The notes under the pieces: model-generated
The model's input: the letters and a program-made list of their open reading frames with translations, nothing else
Told to the model about the DNA's origin: nothing
Databases searched by the model: none
Shown: positions 1 through 10,909 of the stretch, piece after piece
Position numbering within the stretch: the first letter of the stretch is position 1
Layout of the letters: each line of letters opens with the position of its first letter
Assembly: GCA_015232405.1 (NCBI GenBank)
Contig: JADFZS010000004.1
Location: forward strand, 12,053-76,052
Origin: Magnetococcales bacterium
GTDB lineage: Bacteria > Pseudomonadota > Magnetococcia > Magnetococcales > JADFYX01
DNA length: 64,000 bases
Direction: 5' to 3'
Program-made: the position numbers and the translations under genes

Positions 1-1174
1 TGCCAGTCTCAAGTTGAGCACGTAGACCGCGTTCAACCAATGTCTCCAACAGCTCATAAGGAGAACCAACGTTTGAAGATTCACCTTTTGAGTTTATCTC
101 CACCACCCGTTCAGGCTCCACCTGTACCAAAACCGCCACCCTAAAGTTGGTCTTATCACGCTCAAACTCCATTTTAATATCGGTAACAGTACCAATTTTG
201 ATACCTCTAAATTCAACAGGAGCACCAGACTTAAGTCCACGAACTGAACCGGAAAAATAGAGCAGGAATGGGATTTTTTGACTATAAGAGTTCTCTGTGA
301 TGGACAAGCGGTCTTTATGAAGAGGAAATACAGCCTCATTAACTGCTAATAGACTCTCCTCTAAAGTCTCAGGCGTTTCAAAGGCCACCCCACCCAAAAG
401 TAGTGATGCCAAGGTGGCTGTCTGTATCCTTACCCCATCGGCTCCGAAAGAGACATCAATTCCACTAACAGACCAAAAAAGGGTGTTTTCACGAACCATC
501 CAGTGGTAGGGAGATTTAATAAAAACATGTACATGTACTAGATTTTTCTCTTCTGACAGATCATAACCCAACACCTCACCCACTGGGATACCCCGATAGT
601 AGACCGGGGAGCCTATTGAGAGAGAGCCAAGAGTTGGAGTTGTCAACATCAGACGAATACCCTGGGAGTCTGAACGAACTAAAAGTGGTGTCTCCAGACC
701 ACGAAACTCTCTTTTTTGCTTACCCGGTTTTCCTGGCTCTAGCTCCAGATAGGCACCAGAAACTAAAGTGCCCAGACTTGAAACCCCCTGGAGAGAAAAG
801 CTAGGACGAACAACCCAAAACTGTGCCGATGGTGTGAGATATTTTTCCACACCTCTAACCAAACTGGCTTTTAAAGTAACCGAGGTAAAATCTTTGCTTA
901 GAGTAACCTCGTTGATTATGCCTATCGTTACATCTTTATGTTTAATTAGGGTTTTTCCAGCTTCAATACCTTCAGCAGATTTAAATGTAATGATGATCTC
1001 CGGGCCTTGTTCACTATAAGTTTTGTAGGCCAACCAGCCACCTACCAAAAGAGCAACAATGGGGATAAGCCATATAATAGAGACGCCTCTGGACTTCTCA
1101 ACCTTGGGGCTGTCAGTCGGTAGAGGAAGCACATCTTGATAATGTTGATCGTCGTGCTCTTCCAGTTCATCCAA
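1..1174 (-). CDS. pqiB: PqiB/LetB-family multi-MCE (MlaD) domain protein, runs off the window edge
   Basis: Manual translation from TTG at 1174: MDELEEH...SIIWLIPIVALLVGGWLAYKTYSEQGPEIIITFKSAEGIEAGKTLIKHKDV, a typical PqiB N-terminus. Lies downstream of two pqiA-like genes. Confidence 0.9.
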   Translation of the reverse strand, partial: MDELEEHDDQHYQDVLPLPTDSPKVEKSRGVSIIWLIPIVALLVGGWLAYKTYSEQGPEIIITFKSAEGIEAGKTLIKHKDVTIGIINEVTLSKDFTSVTLKASLVRGVEKYLTPSAQFWVVRPSFSLQGVSSLGTLVSGAYLELEPGKPGKQKREFRGLETPLLVRSDSQGIRLMLTTPTLGSLSIGSPVYYRGIPVGEVLGYDLSEEKNLVHVHVFIKSPYHWMVRENTLFWSVSGIDVSFGADGVRIQTATLASLLLGGVAFETPETLEESLLAVNEAVFPLHKDRLSITENSYSQKIPFLLYFSGSVRGLKSGAPVEFRGIKIGTVTDIKMEFERDKTNFRVAVLVQVEPERVVEINSKGESSNVGSPYELLETLVERGLRAQLETG

Positions 1175-1814
1175 TGTCGTCATCAATAACATCCCAAATT
1201 AAGCGTGGATCAAATGCGCGTGATGCAAACAACGTGACTATAACCACCGCTCCAAAATATAAAACTCCAATCCCCGGTTCAATGGTCGCTATAAAACCCA
1301 AGTCTACCAAAGCTACCAGAATTGAAACCAAAAATACATCTACCATGGACCAATGACCAAACAACTCCAAAATCCGATAGAGAGAAGTACGGTCTTTAGG
1401 GTGGTTTTTAGATCTGTTTTGTACCGAATAGAGCAGATACATTAAAACCAGCAGTTTACCAACAGGTACAATAATACTCGCCACAAAAACAATAAGTGCC
1501 AAAGGCCACATACCAGAGTGAATAAGGTGCATGACCCCACTTATAATGGTATTTGGTTCACCCTGGCCTAATTTGCTAACTGTCATTATGGGATAAATAT
1601 TTGCAGGAATATAAAGAATCACTGCAGTACAAACCAAAGCCCAGGTTCGCGAAATACTTTCAACCTTACGGGAGTGGATGGGGGTGTGGCATCTAGTGCA
1701 GCTGTTATCATCTTTTAATGTCTCAAGGCTCACAACCAAATGGCAGACATGACATGCTGCCATGCCTGACTTTCGTGCTGAAACTCCCACATAATTTCGT
1801 TGTTTGCTAATCAT
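1167..1814 (-). CDS. pqiA: Paraquat-inducible protein A (C-terminal-half type)
   Basis: CxxC...CxxC motifs, ILYIPANIYPIM, WSMVDVF, FDPRLIWD. Confidence 0.9.
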   Translation of the reverse strand: MISKQRNYVGVSARKSGMAACHVCHLVVSLETLKDDNSCTRCHTPIHSRKVESISRTWALVCTAVILYIPANIYPIMTVSKLGQGEPNTIISGVMHLIHSGMWPLALIVFVASIIVPVGKLLVLMYLLYSVQNRSKNHPKDRTSLYRILELFGHWSMVDVFLVSILVALVDLGFIATIEPGIGVLYFGAVVIVTLFASRAFDPRLIWDVIDDDIG

Positions 1815-2530
1815 GGACTATCGGGCAGGCTTACGTTATGGCTGCCTTGTGAGCTATTATCTATCTGTTTGCTATCAACCCCACCATCCGATTTTACTTG
1901 TTGTAATCTGTCTGCTGTTTGCCAGATAATACGCGGATTTAGAGTTGTAACAGCAGCCACTGAAACCAACAGTAACGATACCAAAGCGTAGAGACCCCAG
2001 CCTGGAACTACCGTTGCCAAATCACCAAGTTTTACTATAGAAACCAGCACACCAAGCATATAGACTCCAATCATACCCCAGGGCAGAAGAGCCAATGTAA
2101 ATTTAAATATGGGAATAAAATATCGGGGTCGGCGACCTGTTTTTATCGGAATCAATACATATAATAGCCCGATCATGCTCAAAAGTGGAAACAGAATGGT
2201 AGTTAAAAAAACCACAAAGCCAACTGCTCCCAGATCAAACTTTGAGAGCACGACTGCTCCATAAAAAAGGGTATAGAACTGCTCTTGACCTGCTGCTCTT
2301 AAACCCAAAATTGGATAAGCGTTGGCAATAACAAAACAGATCAGAGCTGCCATGGTAAAAGCTAGAGTGTTATCTATACTATCACCATCACCCTCAGCCA
2401 ATACAGACCCACAACGGTGACAACGGGCCAGCGTCCGCTCTTCCAAGGGTGGCAGTTTATATAGATAATCGCACTCATGACAGGCAAGTAGCTCAAAACT
2501 GTCTTGTGCATTTTCATTAGAATCTGGCAT
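1811..2530 (-). CDS. pqiA: Paraquat-inducible protein A (N-terminal-half type)
   Basis: ACHECD...ARCHRCGSVL, IANAYP, multiple TM helices. Confidence 0.88.
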   Translation of the reverse strand: MPDSNENAQDSFELLACHECDYLYKLPPLEERTLARCHRCGSVLAEGDGDSIDNTLAFTMAALICFVIANAYPILGLRAAGQEQFYTLFYGAVVLSKFDLGAVGFVVFLTTILFPLLSMIGLLYVLIPIKTGRRPRYFIPIFKFTLALLPWGMIGVYMLGVLVSIVKLGDLATVVPGWGLYALVSLLLVSVAAVTTLNPRIIWQTADRLQQVKSDGGVDSKQIDNSSQGSHNVSLPDSP

Positions 2531-2797
2531 CCGTTCATTGTATTCTACTATTGCACTGTATCAAAACCCTTAATAAGCAAATCAGTGGGTTTTTTTCTTA
2601 TTTTTGGGAAATTTGGGTGGAGTTGGATACAATCAGAGCGGTTTTTTACACTTTTGGCCTGTAAAAGCGTTTCTCCAAAACCCCACCAAGAAAAGATACT
2701 CTCATCAATCTACTAAGTGGTAGATTGATTAAAGTAGTTGCTTGATCAAAAAAAAAGAGGGGCCACACACCTATTTTGCCAAGGAAATGTAGCTAAA

Positions 2798-3742
2798 ATG
2801 GAACAAGATGCAAAGATATACATAACAGGCCATCGAGGTATGGTTGGCTCTGCAATATTTAACAGGCTTATTGATTCAGGCTACAACAACCTTCTTGTGG
2901 CAACCAGACAACAGCTTGATCTTACCAGACAGAGCAAAGTTGAAGAGTTTGTCTTGGATCAACGCCCTGACTATATGATAATTGCAGCAGCACTGGTTGG
3001 GGGTATCCATGCCAACAGCCATTTTCCTGCCGAGTTCATCAGAGATAATCTACAAATATCTGTTAATTTGATTGAAGCAGCACGTTTAGCAAAGGTTAAA
3101 AAACTGATTTTTCTTGGCTCCTCATGTATCTACCCAAAAATGGCAGAACAGCCAATTGTTGAATCATCGCTGTTAAGCGGGCCACTAGAACCAACCAACC
3201 AGTGGTATGCCATAGCAAAAATTAGCGGCATAAAGCTGTGTCAGGCATACAGGAAACAGTATAATTTCAATGCCATATCTGCCATGCCCACAAACCTATA
3301 TGGACCCAAAGATAATTTTCATGATGAAAATTCTCACGTAATACCAGCTTTGATCAACCGTTTTCACAAAGCTAAAAACAACAATAGCCCCCATGTAACA
3401 GCGTGGGGTAGTGGCTCCCCAAAGCGAGAATTTCTCCATGTTGACGATCTTGCACGAGCAGTTATCTATCTTATGAAAAATTATGAAGATAGCCTACCGA
3501 TCAATGTTGGGGTTGGAGCTGATATTACAATAAAAGAGCTGACCGAAATGGTAGCCCAAGTTGTGGGATATAAGGGTGAAATCGTGTGGGACAGAACAAA
3601 ACAGGACGGCACACCAAGAAAATTGTTGGATGTAAGCCTTATCAATAAGTTGGGCTGGAGTGCGGAAAAAAACCTGAAAGATGGTCTAACCGAGACCTAC
3701 GACTGGTATTGTAGACAGGGGAATGATATTCGCAGTAAATAG
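2798..3742 (+). CDS. fcl: GDP-L-fucose synthase
   Basis: GHRGMVGSAI, FLGSSCIYPK, YAIAK, MPTNLYGP. ATG at 2798 is a likelier start than TTG at 2738. Confidence 0.95.
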   Translation: MEQDAKIYITGHRGMVGSAIFNRLIDSGYNNLLVATRQQLDLTRQSKVEEFVLDQRPDYMIIAAALVGGIHANSHFPAEFIRDNLQISVNLIEAARLAKVKKLIFLGSSCIYPKMAEQPIVESSLLSGPLEPTNQWYAIAKISGIKLCQAYRKQYNFNAISAMPTNLYGPKDNFHDENSHVIPALINRFHKAKNNNSPHVTAWGSGSPKREFLHVDDLARAVIYLMKNYEDSLPINVGVGADITIKELTEMVAQVVGYKGEIVWDRTKQDGTPRKLLDVSLINKLGWSAEKNLKDGLTETYDWYCRQGNDIRSK

Positions 3743-3744
3743 TT

Positions 3745-5163
3745 TTAGAAGGGTGGTTTTACCTTTTTTGCTCCGCCTTTTTTCTGCTCTTTAATATCCT
3801 CTAAAACCAGATCCTTCAAGCTTTTTTTGCCCATGGATTGACCGATAACATCCTCCACCCTCTCTGCTACCCTTTTTACTGATGGAGGATAGTGGATTCT
3901 TTCATCTAGTTGATATATTTGATCCTCGGCCTTGCGAATATCTTTTAGCACATCTCGAACATGGGTAACATCAAAGGGTCGGTTGGGAATATAGGTAATA
4001 TCTGATCCATTTTCGCCAATTTTTGCTATTATTTGATTGTTAAATAGCATTTCAACTATCTCTGTTACAGTTTCGGTTGGGGCATTTGTTTTACGAACAA
4101 TATCCTCAATTGATGGTGGCGGGCTGTTTAAATAACTTTTTTGCCCCACCTCTACCAATATGGATAGAGCCAATCTCTCCTTAACTCTATTGCTTATTTT
4201 GTAAGAATCCCCATCAATTGTAAGATAGCTGTTATTCTGGCAATAAAAGGTGATATTGGCCCCAATCAAGATTATAAGCCAGTTTAGTTGCAGCCAGATC
4301 ATAAAGACAATCAAGGTGGCAAATACCGAATAGACAGCCACATAGTTAACACTACCTGCAATAAAAGCGGTAAAAAACCAGCTGGTTGTCTCCCATATTA
4401 TCCCTGAAACAAAACCACCAACCAAAGCACAACCCCAATTTACCCTGGTGTTGGGTACTATCATGTAAATAAAGGTAAAGGCAATTATAATCAAAATAAA
4501 CGGCAGCAACTTTGCCCCCACCGCCAAAAACAGCCCAAAGGGTTCTATGGTCGCTAGCTGCTGCATATAGCTGCTGATTTTAAAGGAGGCTGTAAGTCCT
4601 ATTGCGGAAAAAATAAGGATAGGCCCCACAACTATAACACTGAGATATTGGCTGAATTTTTGCGAAAAACGCCGAGTATTTTTTACATACCAGATATCAT
4701 TGAATGACTCTTCAATTTTTTGGATAAGAGAGATAACCGTGTAAAAGAGCATGAGCAGACCCATGGAACCCAGCACACTGGCATTGATATTATTTACAAA
4801 CTCTAAAATCCTAAGACGAATGACATCTCCTTGGGGACCAAGGGGAGTAAGAAAGTCTGCTAACACGGGATCAAGTTTATTATGCACCCCAAAGGCTTTT
4901 AAGGTGGAAAAGCTCACCGCCAAAAGAGGAACAAGGGATAACAAAGTTGTATAAACAAGACTGGTGGCCTGAACTGTCAGTTTTTTTGCTGACATATCCA
5001 TAAAGACCCGATAGCTGATCCTGATGGTAAGGTTTAAAACCCGCTGCAACATAGGCAATGTGGTAGTATCTGAATTCCAAAGCCATTTTTTAAATGCCGA
5101 TATACTGAATATTCCCAGCATAGAGGCTAAAAATGTACCTATTACTGTATTTTGAGAATCCAT
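3745..5163 (-). CDS. YihY/virulence factor BrkB family membrane protein with C-terminal winged-helix-like extension
   Basis: SLVYTTLLSLVPLLAV, IEESFNDIW, multiple TM helices. Confidence 0.85.
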   Translation of the reverse strand: MDSQNTVIGTFLASMLGIFSISAFKKWLWNSDTTTLPMLQRVLNLTIRISYRVFMDMSAKKLTVQATSLVYTTLLSLVPLLAVSFSTLKAFGVHNKLDPVLADFLTPLGPQGDVIRLRILEFVNNINASVLGSMGLLMLFYTVISLIQKIEESFNDIWYVKNTRRFSQKFSQYLSVIVVGPILIFSAIGLTASFKISSYMQQLATIEPFGLFLAVGAKLLPFILIIIAFTFIYMIVPNTRVNWGCALVGGFVSGIIWETTSWFFTAFIAGSVNYVAVYSVFATLIVFMIWLQLNWLIILIGANITFYCQNNSYLTIDGDSYKISNRVKERLALSILVEVGQKSYLNSPPPSIEDIVRKTNAPTETVTEIVEMLFNNQIIAKIGENGSDITYIPNRPFDVTHVRDVLKDIRKAEDQIYQLDERIHYPPSVKRVAERVEDVIGQSMGKKSLKDLVLEDIKEQKKGGAKKVKPPF

Positions 5164-5235
5164 TTTATAACCAATATTTTATCAAGAGAGGTTTCAATAC
5201 TCAACAATTGTTTGCTTGTATAATAAAGAGCTATT

Positions 5236-8200
5236 TTAAAAAGAGAAAGTTACCCGTGGCCCCTTTTTATCATCAACGTTTGGCGGTACTGGCAAACAGG
5301 AAAAAATCCTATCCATTGATACTTTTCCTTTGGTAACCAGATAGTTTTTAACCACTGCTGCTCGCTCTTTAGCCAGAGAGTTCAACTTTTGCGTTATTAA
5401 AATATCCTCCGGCTTACTGTTATCAGAAATGACATTTGTAGATGAAACAGCTGCCAACATTCCCAGTTTCTTGGCCTCAGCCCCCTTGACCTTAGCCACA
5501 AAAGAATCAGTTTTGTAGATTGTTTTAATTGTTCGGGATAGCTTTTTTGCCTCTTTAGAGGTGGGTAAAACTCCTATTGATACAGCATGCCACGTTATGC
5601 CACTCTTACCTTTTAGTTCTCTAATTAATACCTTGTGCCCTCTTTTTTGCCAAATATCACGTGATTTATTTGCCCGGGCTATTTTTTTAAATGAGGCAAC
5701 CCGTACCGTATAGAACTTCTCCAACACTCGGCTTTTTGTCACGTCAACCTGTTGAGATGGTTGATTATTTGTGGTTTCTGGTGAGCTATCATCTTTTGAC
5801 TCTTTACCAATTTTGCTGGTTAAGACCAGTTGATCTTTTGGCACCACAATACCACAAGCGGTGATACGCTTTTTTTTCTGTTTAGCCAAAAATGTTGCAA
5901 TTTCATCCAGCACTTTTTTTTCATCTTGGTTGAGAAAGCTACTGCCAGCCTTGAAATTAACGGGTTTTAAGTTGCTTTGCTGGGCGGAATCTATAGCTGC
6001 TGATCCCACCATATCAACAGCAGCAAGGGCCAAACCTACAGGGCCAAGAGCAACAATTGCAGTAGTTTTAGCTGCTTTTACCGAAACCCCACCAACTACC
6101 TTGTTTATCGCCTCACTAAAATCAACATTCGGTTTATCTATAGTACCAGAAACAGGAATGGCCATTTTAATATCACCATTATTGCTTCTTAAAAGATTGA
6201 GAGCGGCATCCATTGGCATAGGAAGTTTTTTGCTTATCTCCTTAGATTTTAAGCTCTTGGCTGAAACCAGATTAAACATTTTCAAGTTCAGTTTGTTTTT
6301 GCCATCAATTTTATTATCAGCAACCTTGGTATCGGTGCTGATGTCCAGTGTGCCACTTTTTATAAGATAACCAAGTTCAGGAACTACATATGAGGAGTAT
6401 GGCGGTAAATCAAAGGCGTTAATTGCACCTTTTACAACCAAATCAGGTGTTTCATTTAACGGTTTGGCACTGCCAGCAAAATCAAATTTGCCATATTCAC
6501 CTACACCACCAATAATTTTAAAAGCTGTTTCATCCCCTGGTGCTTCACTATCTATTGGCCCTATTTCTAATGTATCGATACGCCCATTAACCAAAACTGC
6601 CGGTTTTACCCCTTCATCAAACAGGGTAAACGTAAGACCTTTGGGTAGTGTGAGAGAGCCAAGGCTATATGCAAGAGCACTCTTTGCAGCTTGATCTTCT
6701 TGATCACTGGTTTCACCCTGATTATCAAGATCACTTTTTACAGTTTGCTCTTTAGATTCAGCATTGTCAGGGGGATCTTGTGTTAAACTCTCCTCTTTTG
6801 CTTGAGTATCACCTGGCAAGGTTTGATCTAGCTTTTCATTGTTGTCTGCAACTGCGGTTTTCTTCTCTTCCAAGGTCCAGGGCCATTTACCTGCCAAAGA
6901 GCGGTGAATATATACGCTACTATCTGTCACATTTATAGCTTGAAGAGTCAATCGGCCTTGGGAGCTGTACTGCAACTGTTGAAGATCAATCTCCTCAAGA
7001 GCCAATATTGGTTTGTTATTTCCAGTAACCTGGACATTCAACTGGCCTAGTTTAACCTCTTTAACAGCAACATTTTTATCGACACCAAATTTAAGCTCAT
7101 CTAACAACAGCCTGTTGAAAGCTAATAGACTATTTTTGTCAGGTGTCAAAGCAGCAGATCCATTGACCCCGGTTAATAAAATTGAACCATTGCCGCCTTT
7201 GGGATTTACACTACCTTTAAATGAAAAATCAGTAAGGGTAACTCCCACCGGTTTTTCTCCAGTCATATTAAATGAACCATTTTGGGTTGTCAGCTCACCC
7301 TCCACAGTACCAGTTGGGGAAGATGCTTGGGGTAGAGCAGCATATAATCCCCCTCTGAAGATAGTTAAGGGCAGTTGTAGTGCTATATTATCCTGGGTTA
7401 TTTGAAAACCCGCCAACTCAAGAGTACCATTTGCTTTTAAATTGGTAGTTTGAGTTTTTGAATAAGCGATATCAAGATCAAGGTTTGAAGAAAAACTACC
7501 CTGTAAAGAGGGTGGGATAGTGGCTACAAACTGTTTAGGAATTGCCAAAGAGAATTTGTCTATATCTAAGTGACCGTTGAACTCAACCACTGGAGTAAAA
7601 GGGGTTGCCTGACCGTATAAGGCTAAACTCCCTCTATCCAATGCCACATCAAGTGCAAGACCTATCTGACTGGCGCTATGCAAAAGACCAGGAGAGCTTA
7701 ACTGTAACCGCCTAAGAACAATGGTATTATACCTTTTTAACTCCTGTATATTAAATGTGAGTTGCGATAGTAAAATTCCTCTAAAGCCAACTCCTAGTTC
7801 ATCAATTATAAATGGGGCTTCTGCCTCTGGACTGGTGGGGGTTGAATTGTTGTTACTGGCTTCTTCCTGGCTTTTTGGTAGCTCCACTCCAGCCACCTGC
7901 CAATTCCCGCCTTCCAACTCTTTTAACCAGATTCCCCCTTTATGAAGGAGAATACGATCAACAATAATCTGTTGTTTTATTAGACTTCTTAAAGATATAT
8001 CAACAGCCAACTTAGACATTTGCAAAACTGGCTCATCTTTTTGCAAAAACTCCAAACCGATCAACTCAACCCTACCTTCAAGAGGTTTGATCTTACCCTC
8101 TTGCAAGCGAACCTCTAGACCCGGAAGCCCCTTTTCAAGTCCCCAAACCATCCAGGTTGTTGCTGTGTACAAAACCCCAGCAATTGACAGTGCAATAAAA

Positions 8201-8265
8201 ACTATTAAATAAACCAGAAATTTGCCAAAACCGGATTTTGGCTTTTCATCCAATAAATATTCCAC
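5236..8265 (-). CDS. DUF748 (AsmA-like) protein with C-terminal OmpA-like domain containing a SPOR-like insert
   Basis: N-terminal TM, long beta-rich region, ALNLLRSNNGDIKMAIPVSGTID, LAKERAAVVKNYL. Confidence 0.75.
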   Translation of the reverse strand: MEYLLDEKPKSGFGKFLVYLIVFIALSIAGVLYTATTWMVWGLEKGLPGLEVRLQEGKIKPLEGRVELIGLEFLQKDEPVLQMSKLAVDISLRSLIKQQIIVDRILLHKGGIWLKELEGGNWQVAGVELPKSQEEASNNNSTPTSPEAEAPFIIDELGVGFRGILLSQLTFNIQELKRYNTIVLRRLQLSSPGLLHSASQIGLALDVALDRGSLALYGQATPFTPVVEFNGHLDIDKFSLAIPKQFVATIPPSLQGSFSSNLDLDIAYSKTQTTNLKANGTLELAGFQITQDNIALQLPLTIFRGGLYAALPQASSPTGTVEGELTTQNGSFNMTGEKPVGVTLTDFSFKGSVNPKGGNGSILLTGVNGSAALTPDKNSLLAFNRLLLDELKFGVDKNVAVKEVKLGQLNVQVTGNNKPILALEEIDLQQLQYSSQGRLTLQAINVTDSSVYIHRSLAGKWPWTLEEKKTAVADNNEKLDQTLPGDTQAKEESLTQDPPDNAESKEQTVKSDLDNQGETSDQEDQAAKSALAYSLGSLTLPKGLTFTLFDEGVKPAVLVNGRIDTLEIGPIDSEAPGDETAFKIIGGVGEYGKFDFAGSAKPLNETPDLVVKGAINAFDLPPYSSYVVPELGYLIKSGTLDISTDTKVADNKIDGKNKLNLKMFNLVSAKSLKSKEISKKLPMPMDAALNLLRSNNGDIKMAIPVSGTIDKPNVDFSEAINKVVGGVSVKAAKTTAIVALGPVGLALAAVDMVGSAAIDSAQQSNLKPVNFKAGSSFLNQDEKKVLDEIATFLAKQKKKRITACGIVVPKDQLVLTSKIGKESKDDSSPETTNNQPSQQVDVTKSRVLEKFYTVRVASFKKIARANKSRDIWQKRGHKVLIRELKGKSGITWHAVSIGVLPTSKEAKKLSRTIKTIYKTDSFVAKVKGAEAKKLGMLAAVSSTNVISDNSKPEDILITQKLNSLAKERAAVVKNYLVTKGKVSMDRIFSCLPVPPNVDDKKGPRVTFSF

Positions 8266-8752
8266 AAATATATCCTTATTTAACCAAACCTTTACTTAAA
8301 AACTTCTTTTTGGCTGTTCTTAAGAATTTAACAGTAACATGTTTATAGCATCTTTCTTTTATAAGCTACTGTTGCTACTAAGTTTTTCATATATATGTAA
8401 CCAAAGATAAATACAAACACGACCAAACAGATGCTGAAGCCATATTTACACCAAATATAACAACATGTTACGCTATATACAGCAGATCAGATCGAGCTAA
8501 TGGTTTTTAAGTGTAATTAATGAACTAAAAATTGTATATAGTTAAAACCAAAGAGGATTATTTAATCAGTTAACAGATTAATCAACAAACCCTATCCAAA
8601 CCAATCGACTTATCAAACCCACAGAGTGGCAAAAAATTAACAAAAAATCAAACTGATATTAATTAAATTTAACTCACACAATGTTAATTTTATGATGTAT
8701 ACTGGATTAGCAAATATATTGTGTTGAACACAGAGATTTGGGGGCAGAGGTG

Positions 8753-10043
8753 ATGAACAAACTGAAAACAGGTTGGTTCATGACGTTGGGGCTTATTATT
8801 TATCTCTGTTGTCCAGGATATGCTACAGCTGATAACACAGCAGTAGATGAGGTTGATTTTTTTGACCTATCCATCGAAGAACTTTCTGAAATAACCATAA
8901 CCGCTGCCTCAGAATTTACTGAAACACCATTGAGCGTTGCCTCAAGCGTATCAACGATACAGGAAAAAGATTGGCAAAAATATGGGGCCAGACGTAGTAA
9001 CGATGCTCTATCCCACCTACCAGGAGTTGATTTTGTCTCCATAATTGAGGGTAGCCAGGCCATCCGAATTCGGGGGTATAGCTCTGTGGCTCCGAGGGGT
9101 CACGCCTATCTTTTGGACGGTGTTCCTATTAACTCATTCGCATTTAATACCAGTAGTTACAACATGAACAACGCTGGTATTTATGGGCTGCAAAATATCG
9201 AATTGATCAGGGGTCCGGTTGCTGTTCAGTACGGCACTGACGCTTTTCACGGTGCAGTTGCCATGCAGAGCTATGGGGCAGACAGTCCTGAGACCAGGAT
9301 TCATACCGCTGTTGCTTCTAACAATATGGCAACTTTAAATCTGCGCCATACCAGCGATTTTAACAACCATATCATGAATGTATCGTTACAGTCATTAAAA
9401 CAGGGAGATCAAGAACAGTCCTATTCATGGACAGACTCTTCTGCCAACCTTTCCGGAACAGGTAGTTGGGAAAACAAAGAAGAGTTTTTTATGGGTATGG
9501 TTAAATTACGCTCTCAGATTGATTCGGGCTGGTATTATGATGTTGGGCTATATTTAAAAGAGGAGGAGTTGGATAATTTTCCCGGTTACGGCAATTTTTT
9601 CGGTACATCATTAAGGGATAGAGATCTATTTTCCAACCATAATAATTTACAGATGGTCAGAGCAAAGGTGGGACACCATCTAGATAATGATATTGATATG
9701 GAGGTGGAGGGTTTTCACTGGCGATCTGGCATTCGTGATCACCGCTGGCGACAATACAGCGATCAACGTCAGTGGAGCAAAGATGAGTTTCGTAGCGGTA
9801 TTAATTTAACGGTTAAACAAGAGGATAACCCGTTAAATACCCGCTGGTCCCTAGCGCTACCTTGATACTTTTTGGCAAACAGATCTACACGCCTCTTATC
9901 TTCATAACGAAAAATACAACTTTAGCCTTGATATCCGTAATCTGTTTGATCGTGACAATGTACAGCCAAGTGTTTTTCTTACCCAAGATGGCCTACCTGG
10001 AGAACCTCTTTCGGTGATGCTATCTCTTAGGATGGATCTGTAG
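8753..10043 (+). pseudogene. TonB-dependent receptor with internal deletion and frameshift
   Basis: Plug motifs (LSIEEL, LLDGVPIN, IELIRGPVAVQYG). The ORF stops at 9865, while the receptor C-terminus (SLDIRNLFDRDN...SLRMDL*) is in another frame at ~9858-10043. Confidence 0.8.
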
Positions 10044-10118
10044 TAAAAAATAGTTCTTAAAAAACCCTTTGAAATTTTTTTTCTCCATGCTTTTAAAAAA
10101 TGGTGCTGATCAAATCAG

Positions 10119-10388
10119 TTATTTTAAATTGTTTTTAGCATAAGCTTTCATATGATCCATCCCGCGAAAAACATCAGCCATTGGTACGGCATCGCTTTTT
10201 TCTGACTCATCGGTTTCAATCTGTTGTTCCGTCTCCTGTATGCTGGCAAACCTCTCTGCTCTGCCCTCCTCTTGATCTATCAATAGGCGCAAACCTTCAC
10301 GGATCACCTCGCTAGCAGAGCTATATCGCCCCTCTTTAACTCGATCTTTGACAAATTTTTCCAATGCAGGTGGCAGACTAATATTCAT
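10119..10388 (-). CDS. ParD-like ribbon-helix-helix antitoxin (orphan)
   Basis: MNISLPPALEKFV...GRYSSASEVIREGLRLL. Confidence 0.85.
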   Translation of the reverse strand: MNISLPPALEKFVKDRVKEGRYSSASEVIREGLRLLIDQEEGRAERFASIQETEQQIETDESEKSDAVPMADVFRGMDHMKAYAKNNLK

Positions 10389-10909
10389 AAAAAATCCCTA
10401 AACAAAATTTACAATGTGTCGATTATAGCATTTATTGCTATTAATTGTTATATATTATATCGTTTGCATAATTTCTATCTATAATATTACTGATATCTCT
10501 AAATTCAAGATCTGATATATTTTGTTATTTCGTTAATTTATCCCGCCCCAAAGTCTAGACAAATCTGTATCTATTATTTCGCCGACAATCGTCGGACCAT
10601 ATGCATAAAAATAGAAATTGAAAAAGTGAGCACCCTCGCTTTTTCAAATAATAGCAAGAAACTTGCCTACTCGAATTTGATACCTACCACCCGACAACAA
10701 CAAATAATGCTATTTTCTGACATATCATGGTATATACGGTTCTTATTTGACATTATATGGCCAAAAAAAATGACCTTGTGGTTTTTGTCATCGGGCAATG
10801 TTCCACGGGCAGCACCTATCAACATGCTTTTGCATTCACTCTGTTTATTATGCAGGAGATAGAGGACAAACAAGTGATCTATAGGAATGATCCTAGAAAC
10901 AGCAGTTTT

